NCBI GenBank assembly: GCA_966250755.1
Contig: CBININ010000001.1
Location: 1-39,470, forward strand
From: an uncultured Gammaproteobacteria bacterium
GTDB taxonomy: Bacteria > Pseudomonadota > Gammaproteobacteria > Xanthomonadales > Xanthomonadaceae
DNA: 39,470 bases
Direction: 5' to 3'
Shown: positions 27,259-36,907 of the stretch, one piece after another
Layout: each line of letters opens with the position of its first letter
How positions within the stretch are numbered: position 1 is the first letter of the stretch
The notes under the pieces: generated by a model
What the model saw: only the letters and a program-made list of their open reading frames with translations
Told to the model about the DNA's origin: nothing
Databases searched by the model: none
Translations under genes and position numbers: made by a program

Positions 27259-29031
27259 ATGCTGCGCGCGCTTTGCCTGTCCCTGCTCCTGCCCGCCACC
27301 CTGGCCGCGGCCGCGCCGCCGCGCCCCGACCTGCGCACGCAATCCGAGCGCTCGGGCTTCCGCCAGACCGGGCGTTACGACGAAGTCGAGCGCCTATGCC
27401 CCGCGTTCCAGGCCGCCTACCCGCAGGCCGTGCGCTGCTTCGAATTCGGCCGCAGCCCGCAGGGCCGGCCGATGCTGGCCATGGCCGTCTCGCGCAGCGG
27501 CGCCTTGACGCCGGAGGCGGCGCGGGCGAAGGACCTGCCCGTGCTGCTCGTGCAGGGCGGCATCCACGCCGGCGAGATCGACGGCAAGGACGCGGGCTTC
27601 CTTGCCATCCGCCAGGCGCTGGAGGGCAAGGCCGCGCGCGGCGCGCTCGACCGCCAGGTGCTGCTGTTCGTGCCGGTGTTCAACCTCGACGGTCACGAAC
27701 GCTTCGGCGCCTGGAACCGCCCCAACCAGCGCGGCCCGGAACAGATGGGCTGGCGCACCACCGCGCAGAACCTCAACCTCAACCGCGACTACCTGAAGGC
27801 CGACGCGCCGGAGATGCAGGCGATGCTGGCCCTGGTGGAGGCCTGGGATCCGCTGGCCTACGTGGACCTGCACGTCACCGACGGCGCCAAGTTCGAGCAC
27901 GACGTCGCCATACAGGTCGAGCCGCTGTATGCCGGCGACGAGGCCTTGCGCCCCGCGGGCAAGGCGCTGCGCGACGGCGTGATCGCGCGGCTCGCGAAGC
28001 AGGGCTCGCTGCCCCTGCCCTTCTACCCGTCATTCCGCAGGACCGACGACCCGATGTCGGGCTTCGAGGACGGCGTGTCGCCGCCACGTTTCTCCACCGG
28101 TTACTTCCTGCTGCGCAACCGCTTCGCCATGCTGGTGGAAACGCATTCGTGGAAGGATTACCCGACCCGCGTGCGCATCACCCGCAACACCGTGGTCGCG
28201 CTGATGGAGCTGATCTCACAGCATGGGCGCGAGTGGCAGGGGCTGGCGCGGGCCGCCGATGCCCGTGCGGCGGCGCTCGGCGGCCGGCCGGTGGCACTGG
28301 ATTACAAGGCCTCCGACGTCGAGCGCATGATCGATTTCCGCGGCTACGCCTACACTCGCACGCCGTCCGACATTTCCGGCGCGCTGATGACGCGCTACGA
28401 CGAGAGCAAGCCGCAGGTCTGGCACGTGCCCCTGCGCGACGACGTGCAGCCTGCGTTGGTGGTCGACGCGCCGGCTGCCGGCTACGTGGTGCCGGCCGAG
28501 CATGCCGCCTGGGTGGGCGCGAAGCTGCGCCAGCATGGCATCGCCTACCGCGTGTTGTCGCGTTCCCTGCCCGGCCAGGCGGTGGAGGCCTTTCGCGCGG
28601 ACAAGACCACGCTGTCGCCGGCCTCGGTGGAGGGGCACCAGCGGATCACGCTGGCCGGGCGCTGGGCGCCGGAGATGCGAGACCTTGGCGCGGGCGCGCT
28701 GTTCGTACCCGTGGCGCAGCCGCGCTTGCGCCTGCTGATGGCCCTGTTGGAACCGCAGGCGCCCGATTCGTTGGCGGCCTGGGGTGAATTCAACAACGCC
28801 TTCGAGCAGAAGGAATACATGGAGGACTACGTCGCCGAGGACGTGGCCCGCGAGTACCTTGCCAAGGATCCGGCCCTGGCCGCGGAGTTCGCGCGCAAGC
28901 TGCGCGAGGAGCCCGAGTTCGCCGCCAGCCCCTCGGCGCGCCTGCAGTTCTTCGCGCGCCGCCACCCGTCGTGGGACCAGCGCTACAACCTCTACCCCGT
29001 CGTGCGGATCGCCGCCGACCCCGGCAACTGA
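27259..29031 (+). CDS. secreted M14 family zinc carboxypeptidase-like protein
   Basis: Signal peptide MLRALCLSLLLP...; GGIHAGEIDGK (HxxE), NLDGHE, NLNLNRD, VDLHVTDG. Confidence 0.9.
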   Translation: MLRALCLSLLLPATLAAAAPPRPDLRTQSERSGFRQTGRYDEVERLCPAFQAAYPQAVRCFEFGRSPQGRPMLAMAVSRSGALTPEAARAKDLPVLLVQGGIHAGEIDGKDAGFLAIRQALEGKAARGALDRQVLLFVPVFNLDGHERFGAWNRPNQRGPEQMGWRTTAQNLNLNRDYLKADAPEMQAMLALVEAWDPLAYVDLHVTDGAKFEHDVAIQVEPLYAGDEALRPAGKALRDGVIARLAKQGSLPLPFYPSFRRTDDPMSGFEDGVSPPRFSTGYFLLRNRFAMLVETHSWKDYPTRVRITRNTVVALMELISQHGREWQGLARAADARAAALGGRPVALDYKASDVERMIDFRGYAYTRTPSDISGALMTRYDESKPQVWHVPLRDDVQPALVVDAPAAGYVVPAEHAAWVGAKLRQHGIAYRVLSRSLPGQAVEAFRADKTTLSPASVEGHQRITLAGRWAPEMRDLGAGALFVPVAQPRLRLLMALLEPQAPDSLAAWGEFNNAFEQKEYMEDYVAEDVAREYLAKDPALAAEFARKLREEPEFAASPSARLQFFARRHPSWDQRYNLYPVVRIAADPGN

Positions 29032-29073
29032 TACCCGCCGCCAGGCCGCCTCGCGGCGGCCCGGCCGCGGTGC

Positions 29074-29499
29074 TCACACGTCGGTCGAGACTTCCTTGAC
29101 CACCGACTGGGTGGTCGAGGCATTGGCGCTGCGCACCACGTCGGCCAGCGACACGATGCCCACCACGCCGCCGCGGTCGTCTATCACCGGCACCCGGCGT
29201 ATCTTGGCCGACTCCATCACCTCGCAGCAGTCCTCCAGGCTGGTGTCGGCGGTCACCGCGATGGCGGGCGTGGTCATGCAGTCGGAGGCTTTCGCGTCGG
29301 CGCTGTTGCGCCCCTGCGCCACCACCCGCGTGGCGATGTCGCGGTCGGTGATCACACCGGCGAGCTTGCGCGTCATCATGTCCTCGACCACGGGGATCTC
29401 GCCGCAGTCGTTCTCGACCATCAGCCGGGCGACTTCGGTCAGCGAGGAGTTGGGTGTGCAGCAGGCGGGGTTTTCGGTCATCACGGTGGCGACGGACAT
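29074..29499 (-). CDS. tandem CBS domain protein
   Basis: VMTENPACC, GEIPVVE, GVITDRDI, IRRVPVID, GIVSLAD; GGAGGAG RBS. Confidence 0.9.
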   Translation of the reverse strand: MSVATVMTENPACCTPNSSLTEVARLMVENDCGEIPVVEDMMTRKLAGVITDRDIATRVVAQGRNSADAKASDCMTTPAIAVTADTSLEDCCEVMESAKIRRVPVIDDRGGVVGIVSLADVVRSANASTTQSVVKEVSTDV

Positions 29500-29611
29500 G
29501 GCGGCTCCTCCATCCCTGGGAATCAGGTGGCTCGAGTCGCCAGCTTCCCGATCGCCCCGGCGAGGCTCCGTGCGACGGCGCACATAGTCGAGCCGCGCGG
29601 TTGCCCCCGCT

Positions 29612-30613
29612 TCAGGCGGGTTCGTCCACCACCGTGCGATTGCGGCCGGTGTTCTTGGCCTGGTACAGGGCCGCATCGGCGCGCGCGAGCCAGGCCTGCC
29701 AGTCCTCCTGCGGGCGCAACGCGGCCGCGCCGATGGACACGGTCACCGCGGCGCCGCGACACTGCAGCTCCTGCTGCACCCGGCTGCGCAACTGCTGGTC
29801 GATCGTGCGCAGGGCCTGCACGTCGGCCGACGGCATCAGCAGCACGAACTCCTCGCCGCCGAAGCGGAAGCAGCGGTCGCCCTGGCGGGTGCAGCGCCGC
29901 AACAATTCGGCGAAGGCCACCAGCACCTCGTCGCCCGCCTCGTGGCCATGCTCGTCGTTGATGCGCTTGAAGTGGTCGAGGTCGAGCATCGCCAGGCCGA
30001 AGGGGACGCGGGCGCGGCGGTGTTCCTCCACCGCGATGCTCAGTTCGCGCTCCATCGCGCGCCGGTTCTGCACGCCGGTCAATGAGTCGAGCGTGGCCAG
30101 CGTTTCCAGGGTGATGCGCTGGCGCTCGGTGCGCGAGGCGAAGACGAAGGCCACCAGCCCGGACACCGTCGCCGTCACCAGGAACATCGCCAGCTGGGAA
30201 GTCGAGTCGTAGGCCTTGCCCTGCACCACCAGGAATGCGAAGGCCACCGCGGTGACGCCGACCGCCTTGCCGCGGTCGAGCAGCAGGAAATTGCCCAGCA
30301 GCGCCGGGTACATCCAGAACAACCCCGGCGGACCGAGCACCGTGGCGCTGGCCAGGCAGCCCACGGTGTTGATGATCGCCAGCACCAGCGCCGCGCGGTC
30401 GCGCCGGCCGCCGCGCCACACGTGGGCCACCGCCAGGCAAATGAGCGCGACGATGGTCAGGTCGAGCGTTCCCGCCAGCAAGTTGCCGGTGGCGAAGCGG
30501 TAGATCGCGAAGGGGCCGATGCCCAGCAGCGCGCAGGCGCCGTAGGAACTGATGATGGCCAGCTGGTCGTCGGTGCGCAGGCGTTGCCAGGCCCGCCGCA
30601 AGGCGTCCTTCAT
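29612..30613 (-). CDS. membrane-bound diguanylate cyclase
   Basis: About five TM segments, DSLTGVQNRR, DLDHFKRIND, RQGD I-site, intact GGEEF, ADAALYQAK; start MKDALRR (30613). Confidence 0.92.
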   Translation of the reverse strand: MKDALRRAWQRLRTDDQLAIISSYGACALLGIGPFAIYRFATGNLLAGTLDLTIVALICLAVAHVWRGGRRDRAALVLAIINTVGCLASATVLGPPGLFWMYPALLGNFLLLDRGKAVGVTAVAFAFLVVQGKAYDSTSQLAMFLVTATVSGLVAFVFASRTERQRITLETLATLDSLTGVQNRRAMERELSIAVEEHRRARVPFGLAMLDLDHFKRINDEHGHEAGDEVLVAFAELLRRCTRQGDRCFRFGGEEFVLLMPSADVQALRTIDQQLRSRVQQELQCRGAAVTVSIGAAALRPQEDWQAWLARADAALYQAKNTGRNRTVVDEPA

Positions 30614-30709
30614 GCCCCCGCTCCCCGGCGCCGTGGCGCCGCCCGCACCCACCCGACCATGCCGCGCCCCTCCGCCCGACGGCCCGAGTGTACCCAAGCC
30701 GCGGATGTG

Positions 30710-30739
30710 AAAAAGCCGACGGGATCACTCCCGTCGGCT
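30710..30739 (-). terminator. Rho-independent terminator downstream of the PA-domain peptidase
   Basis: Minus strand AGCCGACGGGA-GTGA-TCCCGTCGGCT then TTTT. Confidence 0.8.
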
Positions 30740-30781
30740 GTCTTCACGGCGCTGAACGGCGCGCCGGCCCGGCCCCGCGGC

Positions 30782-32512
30782 TCAGGGGAAGCTGGACTTC
30801 GCGGCGCAGGCCTGGATCACTGCCTTCTGCTTGTTGTTGATCACGCCCTGGCGCTTGAGGTCGTTGGTGTACTGGGTCGTGCAGGCCGTGTACTCCTCGT
30901 GGGTCGTCGTCGTCGCGGCGCAGGCATCCAGCTTGTCCTGGATGGTGCAACCGTTGGCGAAGAAGGTGTTGTCCACGTCGGTCGCGCAACCCTGGATCTC
31001 CACCGTGCCGCCGATGGTGGAATTCGGGCAGGCGTCGGTGCCGTCCGGCAGGTTGTCCACGTCGGCGTCAGGGAACCAGCCGATGTCGCGCATCTGGGCC
31101 AGGGTCAGGTCTTCCGGCGACTTCACGCTATGCGTCAGGTCGCCGTTGATCGCCGGCTCCATCAGCTGGTTGCGGAAGGTGACCGGATCCCAGTGCGAAA
31201 CCGACGAGCCGCTCACCACCGGATCGGGCGTGTTGAGCATGACGCGGTTGCTCGAATCCGCACCGGCCAGCACCGTCATGTCCACGCCCAGCGTGCCGGA
31301 CACGCCGGCGCCGAGGTTGGCCTTGATGGTGTTGCCCGCGGCCAGGGTGACGCGCACCGACGGGATGGTGATCGACGGGTCGGCGCCACCCAGTCCCGCA
31401 GGCGGGCTGCCGGCGGCATTGTCGGCGACGACCACGGCGATGGCGCCGGCGTCCTGCGCGTTCTTGACCTTCACCACGAAACCGCAGGTGCCACGATCGA
31501 GCACGGCGATCTTGCCGGCGACGTTGCTGGTGATCGCCGAGCAGCCGTCGGTCGTGCTGGGGCCGGCGGCGTCCGCCGCATCGACCGCCAGCGCCAGCGT
31601 GCCACTCACGCCCGGCGAGGAAAGCGCCGGACCAAAGGCCGCGGTGCCGACCGGGTAGCTGCCGGCGATGCCCGAAGGCGCGGTGATATTGAGCAGCGGC
31701 ATGCCGTAGCTCAGCACCCCCGGGGCCTGCGCGGTGACGGTGGCGCCGGTCCACACCACGTTGCGACCGTTCTTCATCGAGGTCGCGCGCTCGGCATTGG
31801 TCATGTCGAACCAATCCTTGCTGGTGGTGTTGTCGCGGATGAACAGGTCGTACACGCCGGGCTGGCCGAAGATGTAGGCGCCACTCGGACGGCTGACGAA
31901 GCTGGAGAAGCCCAGGCCGTGCCCGAACTCGTGCAGCAGCACGGCGATCAGGTCGATGTTGCTGCCGTGGTTGTTGTCCAGGCCGTAATACCAGTCCGAA
32001 CCCGTCAGGCAACCGGCGACGGTGCCGATGCTGGAGTTGAACTGCGCGTTGAGGTCCGCGCCGTCGTATGGATCGGTCGCGTCACCCGGCGCCTGCAGGT
32101 CCTCGCGCGCGTACTTGTTGGCAAGCGCCTCGTGGTACCAGGTTTCCGGCAAGGGCGCGGCGGTGAAGTTCTTCCACACGTAGATCGCGCCCGCGCTGCC
32201 GAGCGTCGCGGAGGTCGAGGTGCAGGTCAGCGGGTTGAAGGCGGCGCGGATCCGGATCGGCACCGGGCTGTCCAGGGTCTCGCCCCAGATGTCGGCGGCG
32301 CGCTGGAACGCGATCAGGCGCTGCTGGCCGACGGTGGTGCCGGGGTTGCCGCCGATCGGCGCGCGCGGGGTCGGGTCGTTGAAGCCCTCGTTGGGGCCGT
32401 CGACGTTGACGATGATGATGTCGGCATTGGCCTGGGCGACGGTGGGCACAGCGGCCGCGAGGCCGAGGCCGGCCATGGCCAGCAGGGCATGGTGCAGGGC
32501 GGAGGCGCGCAT
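30782..32512 (-). CDS. secreted zinc metallopeptidase with inserted PA domain and Cys-rich C-terminal tail
   Basis: Signal peptide; LLHEFGHGLGF (HExxH); PA domain GKIAVLDRGTCGFVVKVKNAQDAGAIAVVVADN; SHWD and LMEP motifs; DADVDNLPDGTDACPN Ca-binding-like repeat; TGATG overlap with the upstream gene. Confidence 0.82.
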   Translation of the reverse strand: MRASALHHALLAMAGLGLAAAVPTVAQANADIIIVNVDGPNEGFNDPTPRAPIGGNPGTTVGQQRLIAFQRAADIWGETLDSPVPIRIRAAFNPLTCTSTSATLGSAGAIYVWKNFTAAPLPETWYHEALANKYAREDLQAPGDATDPYDGADLNAQFNSSIGTVAGCLTGSDWYYGLDNNHGSNIDLIAVLLHEFGHGLGFSSFVSRPSGAYIFGQPGVYDLFIRDNTTSKDWFDMTNAERATSMKNGRNVVWTGATVTAQAPGVLSYGMPLLNITAPSGIAGSYPVGTAAFGPALSSPGVSGTLALAVDAADAAGPSTTDGCSAITSNVAGKIAVLDRGTCGFVVKVKNAQDAGAIAVVVADNAAGSPPAGLGGADPSITIPSVRVTLAAGNTIKANLGAGVSGTLGVDMTVLAGADSSNRVMLNTPDPVVSGSSVSHWDPVTFRNQLMEPAINGDLTHSVKSPEDLTLAQMRDIGWFPDADVDNLPDGTDACPNSTIGGTVEIQGCATDVDNTFFANGCTIQDKLDACAATTTTHEEYTACTTQYTNDLKRQGVINNKQKAVIQACAAKSSFP

Positions 32513-32934
32513 CACTTCTCCTCCATCTTCGGCAGCTGGGTGGGGTCGACCTGCGAGGCATCGCCGGCCACGTAGTGGTACTGCAGGCTGCCGTCGGCAG
32601 CGCGGGTGACCACGACCGATTCCATCGTGCGGCCTTCCAGGTCGATGGCGCGGACGGCGCCATTGGCGCGCTTTTCAACCTTCACGCCCTTGCCCTTGCC
32701 GCGCTTCGCGGCCGCGGCGGACTGCCGTGCTTCCTCGGCGCGTTCGGCTGGCGTGGCCTGGCGCAACTTGCCCGTGGCGGGATCGATGTAGGCGCGAACG
32801 CCGTTGTCGGCGGACACCGCGTCAGCCGGGGCCGGTTGGGTGGCAGTGGTGCTGGTTTCGGTGGCCTGTGCGGCGGACGCGGTGAGCAGCGCCATGCCGA
32901 TCAGCCAGTGCAGGCTGGTGGTCTTGGACTTCAT
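32512..32934 (-). CDS. small secreted protein with a VRAYIDPATGKLR motif
   Basis: 140 aa from ATG 32934; signal peptide MKSKTTSLHWLIGMALLTASAAQA; stop overlaps the peptidase ATG. Confidence 0.75.
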   Translation of the reverse strand: MKSKTTSLHWLIGMALLTASAAQATETSTTATQPAPADAVSADNGVRAYIDPATGKLRQATPAERAEEARQSAAAAKRGKGKGVKVEKRANGAVRAIDLEGRTMESVVVTRAADGSLQYHYVAGDASQVDPTQLPKMEEK

Positions 32935-33056
32935 CTCTCGTGGATTCCCCGAAGTCGGCACGGACGGTCCGCGCCTGTCACGGCCCGCCGGGCCGCCCGG
33001 GCCGCGCATCGCAGGAGCGAGTCCCAAGGACGGGCGGCACCGGATTATTGCCACGA

Positions 33057-33095
33057 CGTGACGCCGGGCACAAGGCGTTCGTGATGCACCTCACG
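33057..33095. promoter_or_regulatory. two tandem CRP/Clp-like boxes
   Basis: cGTGA-cgccgg-gCACA (33057-33072) and cGTGA-tgcacc-TCACg (33080-33095) versus consensus TGTGA-N6-TCACA. Confidence 0.45.
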
Positions 33096-33149
33096 TGAGA
33101 GAATTGTGAACGCGCAAAATGCGTCCCGCCATGTTGCAAGGCAGCAAAG

Positions 33150-34844
33150 TCAGCCGCCGAACTGGCTGAACTCGTAGTCGAGGCGGGGGCCGCCCGCCGC
33201 CAGCGCATCGCCCTGCACGAAGCCGATGTCGAGGTCGTACAAGCGCGACACCGTGCCGATGTCGCCCACGCCGTCCGCCACCAGCGCCCGTCCGCTACCC
33301 AGCCAGGGCGCGAGGGCTTCGCGGAATCGCGCGGGCGGCAGGCTGTCGATGGCGGCCAAGGGCAGGCGCAGCAGGCTGGCTGGGAATCGCAGCAACTGCG
33401 GCAAGCGCGCCAGGTCCGGCGTTTCGTCCGACAGCGCGATCACAATGCCGTGGTCCTCCAGCCGCTGCACCACCCGCACCAGCTCCGGGCGCCCGAGCGC
33501 CATCTGCGCCTCGAACTCCACGATCAGTCCATCGGAATGGAATTTCCGGCGGCGCAGTTCCGCGTCCAGCCACACCATCTGCGATTCGCCCAGCGTTGCC
33601 AGGTCCAGGGGCACCAGCACCTGGGTGGCGCGTCCCAGCGTGCGCTCCTGCTCGATCGCCTCGAAGGCGCTGAACAGGCTCATGCGATCGATCATCGGCA
33701 GCGCGCCGGCGTCGCGCGCCAGCCCGAGGTATTCGTTGCGGCGCACGCCCGCCAGCGGCGCGCGGTAGTCGCGCAGCCGGGCGTCGAGCCGGTACAGGCC
33801 GGGCTGGCCCTTCAGCGGCAGCACCGGCTGGAACTCGATCAGCACGTTGTCGCCGGCCACGGCTTCCTTCACCCACTCGCGGATGATCAGCACGCGCTCC
33901 GGCGACAGGTTGCCGTGGTCGCGGCTGAGCACGCCGTCGAAGCGATTGCCGCCGAGGCGGTGCGCGATCGCCTGCGCGGCATGCGCGGAGGCGAACCAGC
34001 GATCCGGGTCCGCGTCGGCGCCTTGCGGCGCCAATGCGATTCCCACCGAGGCGGTGAGTCGCTGCGGCTTGCCGCCTACCTCGAAGGCTTCGGCGGCGAT
34101 GCACGCGCACAGGTCCCGCGCCAGCGACTCGATCGCGTCGCGGTCCTCGCGCCGCGCGAGGATGCCGAAGCCGAATTGCATCCACAGCGAATGCGCGTCG
34201 CCGGCCGCCAATGCCGCGCCGAAGCGCGCGGCGATCGCCTGCTCGAGCGCGAAGGCCGCGCCCTGCCCCATGCCCTCCGCCAGCGCCTTCGCCTGGTCGA
34301 TGCGCAGCGCCATCAACACCTGCCAGGGCGCCGGACCGGCGCGCAGCACCGCCGCCAGTTCGGCCAGGAACTCGCCGCGCCGCAAGGCGCCGCTGCGCGG
34401 CGTCGCCACATCGCCGGGGCCGGCGCCGATGCGGAAGTCGCGGGCGCGCGCGATGCGGGCGCTCAGCACGGCCGCGACCAGCCCGTCGTCGCGCGGCGTC
34501 GCGAGCGCGTCATCGGCGCCCGCGGCCACGCAGGCGCATCGGGCATCGGGACTGGCCTCGGCATCGGTCAGCAGCACCAGCACCGGCAGCGCGGCCAGGC
34601 CGTCGCGGCGGCGCAAGCCCGACAGCCAGTCCTGCGGCGCCGAGGCGTCCAGTAGCATGGCCTGCGGAAGCTGCGACGCGATCTGCGCCAGGGCCTCCGC
34701 CTCGGTCTCGCAGCAACGCAGCGCGATGCCCTCGGGGCCGAGCATGCCGCGCCAGTAGTCGCGCGCCGCCTCGCCCCGGCAGACCAGCACCACGTCGAGC
34801 GCGCCGACCCGTGGCCCGGCGCTGTCATCGCCGGCTTGGCTCAC
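33150..34844 (-). CDS. degenerate REC-GGDEF-EAL domain protein (FimX-like, probably non-catalytic)
   Basis: REC-like MLLDAS and AGADDAL; GGDEF-fold LTASVGIA; EAL-fold FQPVL, GVGDIG, FVQGDAL; canonical catalytic motifs absent; GTG start at 34844 assumed. Confidence 0.8.
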   Translation of the reverse strand: MSQAGDDSAGPRVGALDVVLVCRGEAARDYWRGMLGPEGIALRCCETEAEALAQIASQLPQAMLLDASAPQDWLSGLRRRDGLAALPVLVLLTDAEASPDARCACVAAGADDALATPRDDGLVAAVLSARIARARDFRIGAGPGDVATPRSGALRRGEFLAELAAVLRAGPAPWQVLMALRIDQAKALAEGMGQGAAFALEQAIAARFGAALAAGDAHSLWMQFGFGILARREDRDAIESLARDLCACIAAEAFEVGGKPQRLTASVGIALAPQGADADPDRWFASAHAAQAIAHRLGGNRFDGVLSRDHGNLSPERVLIIREWVKEAVAGDNVLIEFQPVLPLKGQPGLYRLDARLRDYRAPLAGVRRNEYLGLARDAGALPMIDRMSLFSAFEAIEQERTLGRATQVLVPLDLATLGESQMVWLDAELRRRKFHSDGLIVEFEAQMALGRPELVRVVQRLEDHGIVIALSDETPDLARLPQLLRFPASLLRLPLAAIDSLPPARFREALAPWLGSGRALVADGVGDIGTVSRLYDLDIGFVQGDALAAGGPRLDYEFSQFGG

Positions 34845-34979
34845 GCGCGCGTTCCGTTGGCGATGCAGTCTGGGTTCATGCGGCGGATCGGGGGGCGGTC
34901 CGGTCGAGTCTAGCCGGCAGCCAACGGTCAAACCACCCGGTTGGGTCGCAGTTCATTGCCGCCGCCCAAGACTCGGGGC

Positions 34980-36899
34980 ATGGCTGCCGGCACGCCAACC
35001 CGGGCAAAGACGGTCAGGCGGGCGGAGATCGCCCTCGCCATGGTGCTGGGCTGCGTGTTGCTGGCGCTGTTCTGGGACTGGAACTGGTTGCGCGGGCCGA
35101 TCGAGCGCCGCGTCAGCGCGGCCACCGGGCGCAGCTTCGACATCGTCGGCGACCTCGACGTGGACCTCGGCCTGCACCCTCGCATCGACGTCGGCCGCAT
35201 GGTGCTGGGCAACCTGCCCGGCGCGAGGGAGCCGCGGATGGCGAGCGTCGACCACCTGGCCCTGCGCGTGGACCTGCTGCGCTGGCTGCGTGGCAAGCTC
35301 GTTCTTTCCGATGTCCGCGTCTCCCATCCCGACCTCCTGCTGGAGAAGGACGCGAAGGGCCGTGCCAACTGGGTATTCCCGCGCGGCGAAGCCGAGTGGC
35401 CGACGATCCGCCAGCTGGCGGTGGACGACGGCCGCGTGCGTTACCGCAATCCCGCGCGAAGCACCGACCTGGACTTCGACGTGCACAGCGGCGCGCCCGG
35501 AAAAGATGCGCGGATCGCACCCCTGCTGCTCGCGGGCAAGGGTCGCTATGCTGGCGAACCGGTGACGGTCGAAGGCAAGGTCGAATCGCCGCTCGTGCTC
35601 AAGGACAAGGGCAAGCCTTACCACATCGACCTGCGCGCCCGCGCCGGCGCTACCCGCGCGCATGCGCGCGGCGCCCTGGTGGGTCCGGTGGCAATGCAGG
35701 ACTTCGACCTGCATTTCTCGCTCGCGGGTCCCAACCTGGCGCTGCTGCATCCGCTGACCGGCGTGGTCACGCCGGACACGCCGCCGTATTCGCTCGACGG
35801 CCAGCTAAGCCGCAGCGGGCGCGTGTGGCGTTATCGCGACTTCAAGGGCCGCGTCGGCGACAGCGACCTCGCAGGCACCGCGACCGTGGACGTGTCGGGC
35901 AAGAAGCCGTTCCTGAAGGCCGACCTGGTGTCGCAACGGCTCGACTTCGACGACCTCGCCGGGTTCGTCGGCGCGCCGCCGCAGACCAGCAAGGGCGAGA
36001 GTGCTTCCGCGGAGCAGGAGGCGGAGGCCGCGAAGTTGCGCGCATCGGACCGGCTCCTGCCGCGGCGCGAGTACCAACTCGACAAGCTGCGGGCGATGGA
36101 CGCCGACGTGCGCTTGCGCGCGCGCCGCATCAACGCGCCCTCGCTGCCGCTCGACGACATGGACGGCCATCTGTTCCTCGAGGACGGCGTGGTGCGGCTG
36201 GACCCCCTCGAGTTCGGCGTGGCCGGCGGCACCGTGCGCAGCGTGGTGCGACTGGACGGCCGCAAGTCGCCGATGGACGGCGACGCGAGGATCCAGGCCC
36301 GCGGGATGGAACTGCCGCGGCTGTTCCCACGCGCTGAACTCACCAGGGGCAGCGTCGGCCGCATCGGCGGGAGGGTGGACCTGAAGGGCCGCGGCAATTC
36401 GGTGGCGGCCCTGCTCGGCAGCGCCGACGGCGAGGTCGGCCTGATCATGGGCAGCGGCCGGATCAGCAACCTGCTGCTGGAGTACGCGGGCATCGATATC
36501 GCCGAATCGCTCAAGTTCCTGCTCACCGAGGACCGGAACGTGCCGATCCGCTGCGCCTTCGCCGACTTCGGCGTTACCCGGGGCATGATGCAGTCGCGGC
36601 GCCTGGCCTTCGACACGACCGACACCGTCATCTACGGCGAGGGCAAGGTCAGCCTGCGCGACGAGACCCTGGACATGACGCTCAAGCCGCAGCCCAAGGA
36701 CCGCAGCATCCTGTCCCTGCGCGCGCCGCTGCTGGTGGGCGGCACCTTCAAGGATCCGAGCTTCCGGCCCGACTTGAAGCGCGTCACCTTGCGCGGGCTC
36801 GCCGCCGCCGTGCTGGGTGGCCTGGCACCGCCGGCCGCCTTGCTCGCGGTGTACGAACCCGGCCCCGGCAAGGACGTGGCCTGCCGGGCGGCGCCGTAG
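34980..36899 (+). CDS. AsmA family protein (YhjG-like)
   Basis: N-terminal TM then WDWNWLRGPIE, GRANW, GRVGDSDLAG, LRAMDADV, PIRCAFADF, GGTFKDP. Confidence 0.9.
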   Translation: MAAGTPTRAKTVRRAEIALAMVLGCVLLALFWDWNWLRGPIERRVSAATGRSFDIVGDLDVDLGLHPRIDVGRMVLGNLPGAREPRMASVDHLALRVDLLRWLRGKLVLSDVRVSHPDLLLEKDAKGRANWVFPRGEAEWPTIRQLAVDDGRVRYRNPARSTDLDFDVHSGAPGKDARIAPLLLAGKGRYAGEPVTVEGKVESPLVLKDKGKPYHIDLRARAGATRAHARGALVGPVAMQDFDLHFSLAGPNLALLHPLTGVVTPDTPPYSLDGQLSRSGRVWRYRDFKGRVGDSDLAGTATVDVSGKKPFLKADLVSQRLDFDDLAGFVGAPPQTSKGESASAEQEAEAAKLRASDRLLPRREYQLDKLRAMDADVRLRARRINAPSLPLDDMDGHLFLEDGVVRLDPLEFGVAGGTVRSVVRLDGRKSPMDGDARIQARGMELPRLFPRAELTRGSVGRIGGRVDLKGRGNSVAALLGSADGEVGLIMGSGRISNLLLEYAGIDIAESLKFLLTEDRNVPIRCAFADFGVTRGMMQSRRLAFDTTDTVIYGEGKVSLRDETLDMTLKPQPKDRSILSLRAPLLVGGTFKDPSFRPDLKRVTLRGLAAAVLGGLAPPAALLAVYEPGPGKDVACRAAP

Positions 36900-36907
36900 C
36901 CGCGCGC

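Noticed and set aside
29041-29064. GC hairpin between the convergent M14 peptidase and CBS genes
   Set aside because: No U-tract on either strand; cannot be called a terminator with confidence
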